DNA of 64,000 nt from Bacteroidota bacterium. Its GTDB lineage: Bacteria > Bacteroidota > Bacteroidia > Flavobacteriales_C > GCA-002722245. Made by a program: the position numbers and the translations under genes. The stretch is from assembly GCA_026390935.1 (NCBI GenBank), contig JAPLEZ010000145.1:51123-115122 (forward strand), given 5' to 3'. The notes below the pieces were generated by a model. That model was given only the letters and a program-made list of their open reading frames with translations, did no database searches and was not told the DNA's origin. Positions 9,482 through 19,714 of this stretch are shown in pieces. The number at the start of each line of letters is the position of its first letter. Position 1 is the stretch's first letter.

Positions 9482-10200
9482 TAAAAAAAGTACATTTTCA
9501 AAACCTCGGATTAATAGATTACAAAGAAGCTTGGGACTTCCAAGAAAAGCTTTTTAATCAATCGGCGGAGAAAAAAATGCACAACAGGAAAAACCCTGAA
9601 GACCAACTTCCCATCTCTAATTACCTTTTATTTTGCGAGCACCCACACGTATACACCCTCGGAAAAAGCGGTGATACCAACCATTTATTGATAAACGACG
9701 AAGAGCTCGGTGAAAACCAGGCTACTTTTTACAAAATCAACCGAGGGGGCGATATTACCTATCACGGTCCGGGACAGCTCGTAGGCTATCCCATTTTAGA
9801 TCTCGATCAATTCTTCACCGATATCCACAAATATCTTCGTTACCTAGAGGAAGCAATTATTTTAACCCTTAAGGAATATGGTGTTGAAGGAGGCAGAATA
9901 GACGGATTAACTGGTGTTTGGATAGATCATGCAGATCCAGCAAAGGCACGCAAAATATGTGCGATGGGCGTTCGCTGCAGCCGTTGGATCACCATGCATG
10001 GCTTTGCACTCAACGTGAACACCAATCTCAATTACTTTGAAAACATCGTCCCTTGCGGGATTTCAGATAAAAAAGTGACCTCACTCGCACTGGAAACCGG
10101 TAAAAATATTTCAGTGGAAGACATTGGCGAAGTTGTTAAAAAACACCTTGCCACTCTCTTCGAAATGGAATTTAGCAACTTATCATCAACTCAACCGTAA
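9478..10200 (+). CDS. lipB: lipoyl(octanoyl) transferase
   Basis: RGGDITYHGPGQLVGYP and KICAMGVR motifs. ATGA overlap with the upstream gene. Confidence 0.9.
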   Translation: MIKKVHFQNLGLIDYKEAWDFQEKLFNQSAEKKMHNRKNPEDQLPISNYLLFCEHPHVYTLGKSGDTNHLLINDEELGENQATFYKINRGGDITYHGPGQLVGYPILDLDQFFTDIHKYLRYLEEAIILTLKEYGVEGGRIDGLTGVWIDHADPAKARKICAMGVRCSRWITMHGFALNVNTNLNYFENIVPCGISDKKVTSLALETGKNISVEDIGEVVKKHLATLFEMEFSNLSSTQP

Positions 10201-10219
10201 AGACCTAAAAAGAAAAATT

Positions 10220-11389
10220 ATGCGTCGCTTCCTAAAAGTCCTCTCCATCATTGCTTTAGTGTTCCTCGTCATTCACATTGTACTAGTAGCAACCAATAAC
10301 ACTCATTTGTACAAAGGATTGGCGAACACTTACTTTACAGGGAAGACCGGTCCGACCATTGATGAATACCAAATTTTTGAGAACCGTCACATCAAAGCCA
10401 CAGATCCTCGTCCGTGGCCGCTTTCAAAAAATTACAATAAACTAGAATTAGCTCCCGAGTACTTAAAATATGCTGAAAACCTTCAATCCTGCGCATTTTT
10501 AGTGTTTAAAAACGACTCCTTGTTGTTTGAAAAATACTGGGAGGTTTATACAAAAGACACTGTTTCCAACTCGTTCTCGATGGGAAAAACAGTGGTGAGT
10601 ATTTTACTTGGTATTGCAATAAAAGAAGGAAAAATAAAATCGGTGGAACAGCTGGTTAGCGACTTTCTTCCTCAATACAAAGAAGGCATGGCGGCTAAAC
10701 TAACCATCAAAGATTTAGTGACTATGAGCAGTGGTTTCAACTTTGATGAGCCTTATAAAGATCCATTTGGTTCCCCAGCTAAAGCTTACTACGGCGATGA
10801 TTTAGAGGGACTTATTACTGACTACGACGTGGTAAAAGAACCAGGTAAAATATTTGAGTACCGCAGCGGAACTACTTTGGTGCTTTCGGCAGTACTTAAA
10901 AAAGCCCTTGGCAAAAGCATTTCCGAATACGACGAAGAAAAATTATGGGGTGAAATCCACGCTGAACATGAAGCGCTGTGGAATCTTGATCATAAAGACG
11001 GTGACGAAAAATCTTTCAGTTCTTATTACGCCACAGCCCGCGACTTTGCAAGAATTGGTAAACTGTACATGGATAGCGGTCGTGTAGACGGAAAGCAAAT
11101 TGTACCAGAAGATTATGTAATGGCCTCGATCCAACCGGCAAAATTAATTGATGAATTCGACAACAAGCCATTAGAGCGCTATGGCTACGGATGGTGGTTG
11201 ATGAATTACAAAGGACATAAAGTTTTCAGTCCGATTGGCTTAAATGGCCAGTATGTTATATGCGTTCCTGATTACGATTTAATCATAGTGCGATTGGGGA
11301 GAGTGCGTGAACAAGAACCAACAGATAAGCTACCTAGAGATTTTTTTAAATATCTCGACGCAACTTTTGATATGCTAAAATTGAAATAA
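10220..11389 (+). CDS. serine hydrolase (beta-lactamase/transpeptidase-like family), membrane anchored
   Basis: The ATG at 10220 gives an N-terminal TM anchor (MRRFLKVLSIIALVFLVIHI). SxxK motif (SMGK). The upstream ORF extension overlaps lipB and is unlikely to be translated. Confidence 0.75.
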   Translation: MRRFLKVLSIIALVFLVIHIVLVATNNTHLYKGLANTYFTGKTGPTIDEYQIFENRHIKATDPRPWPLSKNYNKLELAPEYLKYAENLQSCAFLVFKNDSLLFEKYWEVYTKDTVSNSFSMGKTVVSILLGIAIKEGKIKSVEQLVSDFLPQYKEGMAAKLTIKDLVTMSSGFNFDEPYKDPFGSPAKAYYGDDLEGLITDYDVVKEPGKIFEYRSGTTLVLSAVLKKALGKSISEYDEEKLWGEIHAEHEALWNLDHKDGDEKSFSSYYATARDFARIGKLYMDSGRVDGKQIVPEDYVMASIQPAKLIDEFDNKPLERYGYGWWLMNYKGHKVFSPIGLNGQYVICVPDYDLIIVRLGRVREQEPTDKLPRDFFKYLDATFDMLKLK

Positions 11390-11412
11390 AACTTGAACTA
11401 AAAATTACCAAT

Positions 11413-12027
11413 ATGAACAAAGCACTCATCGCATTTTCTCTTGTATTGACTGCAGCCCTTTGGAGCTGTAAAACAGATGCGCCGGTAGAAGACAAATCGA
11501 AAACCCTCTCCAATAGTAAGGAAGATGTAAAATGGTCGTTTTACAACTCTGGAGATTTGTTTTTAAAAGTGATGGCCGACAAAAATGATCAAGGCGCCAA
11601 TAAAATCCTACGAGGAATGAACATTGGTGATCATCCCGATTCTTTAATAGTTAAAGAAAAGGGCATGCGTCAAGTGGATGAAAAAGTAATGAAAGGTTAC
11701 TTCCAGGACTTAAATGACGCTGAATTTATTTCGTCTTATTACTATTTTAATGAAGAGGATTTCTTAACCGGAGCCAACGTAAAAGTTAATCTTGCTTCCG
11801 ATAGCACAGCAGAAGATTTATATTTTGAATTGAAATTATATTTTGAGCAGAAATACGGGAAGTCTTTTCATGGCTTAGACAAGTACGATACATGGAATGC
11901 ACTCACTGTGGATAGCTTTCCTTTTGTTATAGGACTGAAATTTGAAAAAGGAATATTTCCTGTAGATGACAAAATGGAACCTGAATTTAGTAAGGTGATT
12001 ATCAACCTCGAAGAAAGCGATTATTAA
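11413..12027 (+). CDS. lipoprotein, unknown function
   Basis: Signal peptide with lipobox (AALWSC), 204 aa, no family recognised. Confidence 0.6.
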   Translation: MNKALIAFSLVLTAALWSCKTDAPVEDKSKTLSNSKEDVKWSFYNSGDLFLKVMADKNDQGANKILRGMNIGDHPDSLIVKEKGMRQVDEKVMKGYFQDLNDAEFISSYYYFNEEDFLTGANVKVNLASDSTAEDLYFELKLYFEQKYGKSFHGLDKYDTWNALTVDSFPFVIGLKFEKGIFPVDDKMEPEFSKVIINLEESDY

Positions 12028-12130
12028 TTTTTTTTTATAAAAATGAAACCTATTTTTTCACTCTCCCGTATCACCCATCAGTAGTAGTAAAATAAATAGT
12101 TTTTTTCATAGTTTAGGTTTTAGGTAATTA

Positions 12131-12162
12131 AATGTTCCGCCCCCCGCGGAACATTTTTTTTT
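12131..12162 (+). terminator. rho-independent terminator
   Basis: AATGTTCCGC / CCCCC loop / GCGGAACATT stem (12131-12155) followed by a T9 run. Confidence 0.75.
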
Positions 12163-12199
12163 GCTCGCTCTGCACTGGATTTTATTTAACTTTAAAGTC

Positions 12200-13909
12200 T
12201 TGGATCTTTTACTCGACATACAAAATCTTGAAATCAAATTCTCAACGGGAGAAAATGAATTCACTGCTGTAAAGAAAATCAGCTTTTCTCTTCACAAAGG
12301 CGAAACTATTGGTGTTGTAGGAGAATCGGGATCGGGGAAATCAGTCACATCTCTTTCTATAATGCAACTCATCCCCTCTCCTCCCGGTAAAATTAGTGGC
12401 GGAACAATTGATTGTTATGGAAGAGGGCAAAAAGTAAATTTACTTGCCCTCAACGAAAAAGAAATGAGAAGCTATCGAGGAAAGGATATCGCTATGATTT
12501 TCCAAGAGCCGATGACTTCACTCAACCCTGTTTTTACCTGCGGAGACCAAATCGTAGAAGCAATATTACTGCACCAGAAATGCACCAAAAAAGAAGCAAA
12601 GGACAAAACGATTGCGCTTTTCAAAGAAGTACAACTGCCACGACCAGAAAATATTTTTGATGCTTTTCCACATCAACTCTCTGGCGGACAAAAACAGCGG
12701 GTGATGATAGCCATGGCTTTGTCGTGCGAGCCCTCAGTATTAATTGCCGACGAACCCACCACCGCTTTGGATGTTACGGTGCAGAAAACCATATTGGAAC
12801 TCATTTCAAGCATTCAGAAAAAGAGAAACATGGGGATTATTTTCATCACCCATGATTTAGGTGTTGTAGCGGAAATTGCCGACCGAGCCATTGTCATGCA
12901 TCAGGGCAAAATTGTTGAAGAAAATACAGTTAAAAATCTGTTTCAAAATCCGCAGCACCCTTATACTAAAGGACTTTTAGCCTGTAAACCGCCATTGGAC
13001 AAACGCTACCAGAAACTGCCAACAGTAAGTGATTTTTTAAATGGTTCTTCCTTTCAATCTGTAGAAATCACCCCACAAGAAAGAAAAGAAAATCACCATA
13101 AATTATACGCAGGAGAGGCTATACTTCAAGTAAAAAATTTAAAAACATATTTCCCGCTGAAAAAAAACTGGCTGGGGAAAACTACCGACTTTGTTAAAGC
13201 AGTAGACGATGTAAGCTTTAATGTTTATAAGGGAGAAACACTTGGACTCGTTGGAGAATCAGGTTGCGGTAAAACAACATTGGGAAGAACTATCCTCCGA
13301 CTGGCAGAGGCCACCGAAGGCGAAATCATATACAAAGGAACTGACCTAATTTCCTTAAGTGAAAAGGAATTAATTCCCTTTCGAAAAAAAATGCAAATCA
13401 TTTTTCAGGATCCATATTCATCGTTAAATCCTCGCATTCCCATTGGCAAAGCCATTATGGAACCCATGAATGTACATGGTATTTTAAAGGACAAAAAAGA
13501 ACGTGAAGAATATGTCATCAACCTTTTGGAAAAAGTGAGTTTAAAAGCCGATCATTTTTACCGATATCCGCATGAATTCTCGGGCGGTCAGCGTCAGCGC
13601 ATTTGCATAGCACGAGCACTCGCAATGCAACCCGAATTTATTGTTTGCGACGAATCTGTTTCATCGCTTGATGTTTCAGTACAAGCCCAAGTATTGAATT
13701 TACTCAACGATTTAAAAAGAGAATTTGCGCTGACTTACATCTTCATTTCGCACGATTTATCAGTTGTAAAATTCATGTGCGACCGCATGATAGTAATGAA
13801 TAAAAGTGGCAAAATTGAAAGAATGGATGAGGCCGATGCTATATACAATGATCCACAAACGGAATATGTGCACTCTTTGATTGATGCCATTCCAAAAACC
13901 GAATTTTGA
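12200..13909 (+). CDS. ABC transporter ATP-binding protein with two fused ATPase domains (Dpp/Opp, YejF-like)
   Basis: Two Walker A motifs (GESGSGKS, GESGCGKT) and two signature motifs (LSGGQKQR, FSGGQRQR). The start is uncertain. TTG at 12200 is preferred because the ORF-track start at 12161 lies inside the terminator T-run. Confidence 0.85.
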   Translation: MDLLLDIQNLEIKFSTGENEFTAVKKISFSLHKGETIGVVGESGSGKSVTSLSIMQLIPSPPGKISGGTIDCYGRGQKVNLLALNEKEMRSYRGKDIAMIFQEPMTSLNPVFTCGDQIVEAILLHQKCTKKEAKDKTIALFKEVQLPRPENIFDAFPHQLSGGQKQRVMIAMALSCEPSVLIADEPTTALDVTVQKTILELISSIQKKRNMGIIFITHDLGVVAEIADRAIVMHQGKIVEENTVKNLFQNPQHPYTKGLLACKPPLDKRYQKLPTVSDFLNGSSFQSVEITPQERKENHHKLYAGEAILQVKNLKTYFPLKKNWLGKTTDFVKAVDDVSFNVYKGETLGLVGESGCGKTTLGRTILRLAEATEGEIIYKGTDLISLSEKELIPFRKKMQIIFQDPYSSLNPRIPIGKAIMEPMNVHGILKDKKEREEYVINLLEKVSLKADHFYRYPHEFSGGQRQRICIARALAMQPEFIVCDESVSSLDVSVQAQVLNLLNDLKREFALTYIFISHDLSVVKFMCDRMIVMNKSGKIERMDEADAIYNDPQTEYVHSLIDAIPKTEF

Positions 13910-13918
13910 TAATTATAC

Positions 13919-15040
13919 ATGACGAGCAAAAAATTATATTTCGAAAACTTAGACGGATTGCGCTTTTTATGCTTCCTTTCTGTTTTTTTCTACCACAGTT
14001 TCTACACCGAATTCACCGATATAAAAAGTACATCCGCTTACCAATTTGTGAAAATTAATTTAGTTGGAAATGGGAATTTAGGAGTTAATTTCTTTTTTGT
14101 ATTAAGTGGTTTTTTAATCACTTATTTGCTCATTGAGGAAAAAACAATCAACACAAATATTAATCTAAAAAACTTCTGGTTAAGGAGAATTCTGCGAATT
14201 TGGCCTTTGTACTTTTTTTGTGTGTTTTTCGGCTTTGTCGTCTTTCCTCTATTAAAACAATCTTTCGGCCAAACACCAAACGAAAATGCAAGTCTACTCT
14301 CTTTCCTGACCTTTACAAATAATTTAGATTTCATTTATAATGGTCCGCCCGACGCTTCCGTTTTGGGAGTATTGTGGAGCGTGGCTATTGAAGAACAGTT
14401 CTATTTGGTATGGCCAATTATACTTTTTCTGCTTCCGGTTAGAAAGTATTGGATTGCATTTGCCGTAATTATTGTCGGAAGCTTTGTTTTTCGGGCCAAT
14501 TTCGATGATCCTGAAATACATGAAAAACACACAATATCCTGCATTGCAGATATGGCAATGGGTTCATTAGGTGCCTGGCTAATCTGGATGTCGGCTCGAT
14601 TTAGGCATCTCATTGAAAACTTAAGTAAACTGCAAATAGCCGTGATCTACATATTTTTTTTCATGGCCTTCTTCTTTCGAGAACAATTATTTTATGCCAA
14701 TTATGGAATGAGGATCTTTGAAAGATTTTTTATTTCTATAGGAATTCTTTTAATTATTCTGGAACAATGTTATGCCAAAAATTCATTTTTTAAATTATCG
14801 AAATTTAAATTTATTTCTGGTTTAGGCAAGATCACTTATGGCCTGTATTGTTTGCACTTTATAGCAATACTTATCACCTTAGTTATTACCAGAAAGCTAG
14901 GCTTAAATTCGTCCGTATGGGAGGTATTGATTTTAGAAACGTCTATTGCGCTAGTGATTACCATTATCATTTCCAGCTTAAGTTTCAAATACTTTGAAAA
15001 GCCTTTCTTGAAATTGAAAGAGAAATTTGCATACAAATAG
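13919..15040 (+). CDS. acyltransferase family 3 membrane protein
   Basis: LDGLRFLCFLSVFFYH N-terminal motif and about 10 TM helices. 373 aa. Confidence 0.8.
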   Translation: MTSKKLYFENLDGLRFLCFLSVFFYHSFYTEFTDIKSTSAYQFVKINLVGNGNLGVNFFFVLSGFLITYLLIEEKTINTNINLKNFWLRRILRIWPLYFFCVFFGFVVFPLLKQSFGQTPNENASLLSFLTFTNNLDFIYNGPPDASVLGVLWSVAIEEQFYLVWPIILFLLPVRKYWIAFAVIIVGSFVFRANFDDPEIHEKHTISCIADMAMGSLGAWLIWMSARFRHLIENLSKLQIAVIYIFFFMAFFFREQLFYANYGMRIFERFFISIGILLIILEQCYAKNSFFKLSKFKFISGLGKITYGLYCLHFIAILITLVITRKLGLNSSVWEVLILETSIALVITIIISSLSFKYFEKPFLKLKEKFAYK

Positions 15041-15088
15041 TACATGATTAGCGCAATTTCTTTTACATTTAATACTTAACTTTTTTAT

Positions 15089-16033
15089 ATGCTGTCCACC
15101 CTTCCTATTACTGTGATTATTTTGGCCGCCATAATAATTATTACTCTTTTTCTTTCTTTTGTTACCGTGCAACAAGGAACCATTGCTGTGGTAACTGTTT
15201 TTGGAAAGTATCGAAGACTACTCAGTCCTGGATTAAATTTTAAAATCCCTTTCATCGAAACCATTTATAAAAGAGTTTCCGTTCAGAACCGATCGGTAGA
15301 ATTGGAATTCCAGGCCACCACCATCGACCAAGCCAATGTTTTTTTTAAAGCAATGTTGTTGTATGCCGTAGTGAGTCCGGATGAGCAAACCATTAAAAAC
15401 GTAGCCTTTAAATTCGTTGATGACAGAAATTTAATGCAGGCTTTAATTCGCACCATTGAAGGTTCTATCCGCGGATTTGTAGCTACTAAAAAACAAGCTG
15501 AAGTACTTTCATTACGCAACGAAATTGTAGGCGATGTAAAAGAACAAATCGACCAAACCCTGGAAGGATGGGGATATCACCTCATCGACTTACAATTGAA
15601 CGACATTACTTTTGACGATGCCATTATGAAATCAATGGCTCAGGTAGTAGCTTCCAACAATTTGAAAGCTGCAGCCGAAAATGAAGGTCAGGCTTTGTTA
15701 ATCACTAAAACCAAAGCTGCGGAAGCAGAAGGAAATGCCATTAAAATTTCTGCTGAAGCAGAAAAATTAGCGGCACAATTGCGCGGACAAGGTGTGGCGC
15801 TCTTCCGTCAGGAAGTAGCTAAAGGGATGAGCGAAGCCGCGCGAGAAATGCAACAAGCCAACTTGGATACTTCAGTGATTCTCTTCTCAATGTGGACTGA
15901 GGCCATCAAACAGTTTTCTGAAAACGGAAAAGGAAATGTTATTTTCTTGGATGGATCTACCGACAATATGCAGCGCACCATGCAAGAAATGATGGCGATG
16001 AATAACTTAATGGTGACAAAAGAGAAAAAATAA
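15089..16033 (+). CDS. SPFH/band 7 domain protein
   Basis: N-terminal TM segment, prohibitin-homology core (VQQGTIAVVTVFGKY...) and an Ala/Glu-rich coiled-coil tail. Confidence 0.8.
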   Translation: MLSTLPITVIILAAIIIITLFLSFVTVQQGTIAVVTVFGKYRRLLSPGLNFKIPFIETIYKRVSVQNRSVELEFQATTIDQANVFFKAMLLYAVVSPDEQTIKNVAFKFVDDRNLMQALIRTIEGSIRGFVATKKQAEVLSLRNEIVGDVKEQIDQTLEGWGYHLIDLQLNDITFDDAIMKSMAQVVASNNLKAAAENEGQALLITKTKAAEAEGNAIKISAEAEKLAAQLRGQGVALFRQEVAKGMSEAAREMQQANLDTSVILFSMWTEAIKQFSENGKGNVIFLDGSTDNMQRTMQEMMAMNNLMVTKEKK

Positions 16034-17386
16034 TTATCTGAAAAGGTGAGTCACTAAATCTTGCGCTTTAGCCAAGCGAACTATTTTAATTTTCTTCCCT
16101 TTGAGGGAATCTTCATCATTGTACTTAGAAAGATAAATGGTGTTGAATCCCATTTTTTCTGCTTCCTTGATACGTGCACCAATACTTCGCACAGCTCGAA
16201 TTTCTCCCGACAATCCAATTTCTCCTGCAAAACAAGAAGTGGAAGGAATAGCAATATCAATGCCTGAAGAAAGAATGGCTGCTACAATAGATAAATCTAT
16301 TCCGGTATCTTCTGGCTTAATTCCTCCGGTGATATTTAAAAATACATCTTTCAATTGAATTTTAAATCCGCATCGTTTCTCTAAAACCGCAAGCAACATA
16401 TTTAGTCTTTTGGTATCAAAGCCTGTAGCAGATCTTTGTGGAGTTCCGTATGCTGCTGTGCTCACCAATGCTTGCGTTTCAATAAGTAGCGGGCGAATTC
16501 CTTCCATCGACGCAGAAATAGCAATGCCACTAAGGTTTTCTTCGTTTTGAGAAAGTAAAATTGAGGAAGGGTTTTCCACTACTTTCAATCCATTTTCCTC
16601 CATTTGATAAATACCCATTTCGTTGGATGGACCAAAACGATTTTTGGAACTACGAATGATACGATAAATATGGTTCCTGTCGCCTTCAAAAGCTAAAACC
16701 ACATCTACCATGTGCTCCAACACTTTAGGACCTGCAATCTGCCCATCCTTTGTAATGTGACCGATTAAAAAAGTTGGTATCGATTTTCTTTTGGCTATCA
16801 CAGTAATGTCGTTCGCACATTCTCTTATTTGAGAAATGGTGCCTGGTGCTGAATCCAATTTTGACGTTTGAAGCGTTTGAATAGAATCGATAATCAAAAG
16901 CTCAGGCTCAGTTTTCTGAATGTGTTCAACTATTGCCTCCACATTGGTTTCGGGCAAAATATAAACATTTTCATTAGCGTTCTTCAAGCGATCGGCTCGT
17001 GATTTTATTTGCTGAGGACTCTCTTCTCCTGATACATATAAGACTTTTTTGCCAGGGAACTGCAAAGCAATTTGCAACATCAAAGTTGATTTTCCTATTC
17101 CCGGTTCCCCAGTAAATAAAATCACTGACCCCGGAACTAGTCCATCTCCCAAAACACGGTTAAGCTCACTGTCTTTAAGGATAATTCTTTCTTTGTCTAA
17201 AGGGGTAATTTCGTGTAAAAGTGTAGGTGCAAGGGAAGGAAGCCCGGGAATAGATGAGGCTTGACTATTTCCTGTTACTTCTTCATGAAAGGAATTCCAC
17301 TCGCCGCATTGAGGGCATTTGCCTAGCCATTTGGCTGACTGATTACCGCACGACGAGCAAACGTAAGCCGTTTTTAATTTAGCCAT
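16034..17386 (-). CDS. radA: DNA repair protein RadA
   Basis: N-terminal zinc finger (CSSCG...CPQCGEW), Walker A (GEPGIGKST), KNRFG motif and a Lon-like C-terminal domain. Confidence 0.95.
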   Translation of the reverse strand: MAKLKTAYVCSSCGNQSAKWLGKCPQCGEWNSFHEEVTGNSQASSIPGLPSLAPTLLHEITPLDKERIILKDSELNRVLGDGLVPGSVILFTGEPGIGKSTLMLQIALQFPGKKVLYVSGEESPQQIKSRADRLKNANENVYILPETNVEAIVEHIQKTEPELLIIDSIQTLQTSKLDSAPGTISQIRECANDITVIAKRKSIPTFLIGHITKDGQIAGPKVLEHMVDVVLAFEGDRNHIYRIIRSSKNRFGPSNEMGIYQMEENGLKVVENPSSILLSQNEENLSGIAISASMEGIRPLLIETQALVSTAAYGTPQRSATGFDTKRLNMLLAVLEKRCGFKIQLKDVFLNITGGIKPEDTGIDLSIVAAILSSGIDIAIPSTSCFAGEIGLSGEIRAVRSIGARIKEAEKMGFNTIYLSKYNDEDSLKGKKIKIVRLAKAQDLVTHLFR

Positions 17387-17769
17387 TACTGTTTTTTCTC
17401 AAACTCGTAGTATTGCATGCCAAGATCTTTTCTAATCAAAACCATTTGTGTTTTGTCCAATGACCTAATCTGAAAATCTCCCCTGTAATAATCAGCTCCT
17501 GCTCCAGCCAATCCCTCTCCAGTAGTGGTTATAGTGTTGTTTTTAATCGAATATGTACCTGAAGCAAAAACTACAGCAGTATCGCCAGTATTCTGACGTG
17601 TCAAAATAATTGCATTGTCTGTAAATGTCCAAGCTTCTTCATATACACCAGCGGGAACTTGGAGAACCTTCCACGTTCCTTCCAATTTCGCTTTCGTATC
17701 AGCTTCACAAGAAAAAAACATAACCGCAACCAGTAGCAAAGAAAAATATGATAGAATTGATGTTTTCAT
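17386..17769 (-). CDS. small lipoprotein, unknown function
   Basis: Lipobox (VMFFSC), 127 aa. Its stop overlaps the radA start by 1 nt. Confidence 0.6.
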   Translation of the reverse strand: MKTSILSYFSLLLVAVMFFSCEADTKAKLEGTWKVLQVPAGVYEEAWTFTDNAIILTRQNTGDTAVVFASGTYSIKNNTITTTGEGLAGAGADYYRGDFQIRSLDKTQMVLIRKDLGMQYYEFEKKQ

Positions 17770-17813
17770 AGAGAATAATTTGAGTAAAAATAAAAATATT
17801 TTGGATATGATCC

Positions 17814-18311
17814 CTAAGTAGTTTGCTTGATCTTGTTAATTATATCTGTAGATGAAAATCCATCGATAAAACTTAAAGACAATACTTTACCTCCATTTTT
17901 TAGTACATGATCGGCACCCACAATATCTTTAATATTATAGTCTCCGCCCTTTACCAATACATCAGGACTAATAGTGTTTATCAACGTTTCGGGTGTTTCT
18001 TCTTCGAAAAAAACAATTAAATCAATGAAGAAAAAACAAGCTAACATAGCAGCGCGACTTTCTTCATTATTGATAGGGCGGGATGCACCTTTGAGTCTCC
18101 TCACAGAAGCATCTGAGTTTAATCCCAACACCAATTTATCGCCCAGCGCTGCAGCTTCACATAAATAATGAATGTGTCCTTTGTGCAACAAATCAAAACA
18201 GCCATTGGTAAAAACAACTTTAAGCCCTTCCTTCTGCCAAGACTGAATGCGATCTTTTGCTTCTGAAAGAGAAACTATTTTGTTTTCAATTTTTTGAAGC
18301 GATTGATTCAA
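17814..18311 (-). CDS. D-glycero-beta-D-manno-heptose 1-phosphate adenylyltransferase (RfaE domain II-like cytidylyltransferase)
   Basis: [17 protein letters not shown] nucleotidyltransferase motif, 165 aa. Confidence 0.8.
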   Translation of the reverse strand: MNQSLQKIENKIVSLSEAKDRIQSWQKEGLKVVFTNGCFDLLHKGHIHYLCEAAALGDKLVLGLNSDASVRRLKGASRPINNEESRAAMLACFFFIDLIVFFEEETPETLINTISPDVLVKGGDYNIKDIVGADHVLKNGGKVLSLSFIDGFSSTDIINKIKQTT

Positions 18312-18316
18312 ATTAC

Positions 18317-18667
18317 TTATTTTATTTTGTTGGTAGTGGGATCAGGAAAAATGATGGTAGGCTTGAAAGTCCTCGCTTCTTCATCAGTTAAAAAAGTGTA
18401 GGCAATGATAATAACGATATCACCAATTACTGCTTTTCGAGCAGCAGGACCATTAAGACAAACTTCGCCACTGTCCTTTTTGCCTTTAATTACATAGGTT
18501 TCCAATCTCTCGCCGTTGTTGAGGTTCACCACCTGAACTTTTTGACCCTCTAGTAGATTAGCAGCAATCATCAATGTTTCATCAATGGTGATACTCCCTA
18601 TATAATTTACATCGGCTTGGGTAATTTTTACCTGATGTATTTTCGATTTTAGAAACTCCGTTAACAT
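18317..18667 (-). CDS. panD: aspartate 1-decarboxylase
   Basis: KSKIH...[12 protein letters not shown] self-processing G-S site, 116 aa. Confidence 0.95.
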   Translation of the reverse strand: MLTEFLKSKIHQVKITQADVNYIGSITIDETLMIAANLLEGQKVQVVNLNNGERLETYVIKGKKDSGEVCLNGPAARKAVIGDIVIIIAYTFLTDEEARTFKPTIIFPDPTTNKIK

Positions 18668-18676
18668 AATGCGAAA

Positions 18677-19522
18677 TTACGAATTAATAATAATATTGTC
18701 GATTAACCTCACTTTTCCTGCAAAAGCAGCCACACAAACGACTACAGGACGCGCCTTAGGCACTTCCAAAACCGGCTGCAGTGTTTGCGCATCAACTATT
18801 TCCAAATATTCCAACTTTAAATCTCCTGCTGAAAAAAAATCTTTTATTGCTTTCTTTTTCAAACTTGCACTATCTCTATTGTTCAGGATTGCATCACGAA
18901 TGGAAAAAAGTGCCTTAGAAATATTGAGAGCGCTCTGCATTTCTTCTTCTGACAAACGAGCGTTGCGGGAGCTCATAGCCAAACCACTTTGTTCACGCAC
19001 AATAGGCGATGGAATAATTTCAATTGAAGTGAATTTTTGTGCCGCCAACAACTGGACTATGCACAATTGCTGAAAATCTTTTTGTCCGAAATAGGCCTTA
19101 TCCGGACTAAGCACTTGAAAAAGCAAAGAAACAATATTCACCATTCCCTTAAAGTGTCCCGGACGGAATTCACCTTCCAAAACTTTATCTATGCCATTCA
19201 AATCAATGTCTACGTCAACAATTTCATTCACAAAGTCATCTTCTGGAAGAAATAACACATCACAGCCGTTCTTCATCAAAAGTGAAATATCTCCTTTTTC
19301 ATCTTTAGGATACAAACGAAAATCTTCAGGATTGTTGAACTGTGTTGGATTTACAAAAATGCTGCAAACTGTAACATCGTTATTTTTAACGGATTCCCTC
19401 ACCAACGAAGCATGGCCCTCATGAAGGTAACCCATCGTAGGAACAAACCCGGTGCTTTTCTTTTCTTCCTTATACAGGCGCACCAAGGCCTCCATTTCTT
19501 TTCGTTTCCTTACAACAAGCAT
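18677..19522 (-). CDS. panC: pantoate--beta-alanine ligase
   Basis: PTMGYLHEGHASL HIGH-like motif and full-length PanC-like sequence. Confidence 0.95.
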   Translation of the reverse strand: MLVVRKRKEMEALVRLYKEEKKSTGFVPTMGYLHEGHASLVRESVKNNDVTVCSIFVNPTQFNNPEDFRLYPKDEKGDISLLMKNGCDVLFLPEDDFVNEIVDVDIDLNGIDKVLEGEFRPGHFKGMVNIVSLLFQVLSPDKAYFGQKDFQQLCIVQLLAAQKFTSIEIIPSPIVREQSGLAMSSRNARLSEEEMQSALNISKALFSIRDAILNNRDSASLKKKAIKDFFSAGDLKLEYLEIVDAQTLQPVLEVPKARPVVVCVAAFAGKVRLIDNIIINS

Positions 19523-19714
19523 CTTTGTTTAATAAAAGGGCCTTAAAGGTAAAATAAATATGATTCTATTTCCCTTTACACTTGAATCTTAGCAAGATTT
19601 TTACTACTTTCGCGTAGAATTTTACTCGTCAAAATATAAGAGCAGTACACATTCAGTTCATTTCCACAAGTCTCTTATTTTTCGGTATCGCGAGTGGTCA
19701 TTAAAGCAGTTGTA

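Noticed and set aside
10124-10219. Upstream extension of the serine hydrolase ORF overlapping lipB
   Set aside because: The ATG at 10220 gives a normal membrane anchor. The extension overlaps the 3' end of lipB by 77 nt and is unnecessary.
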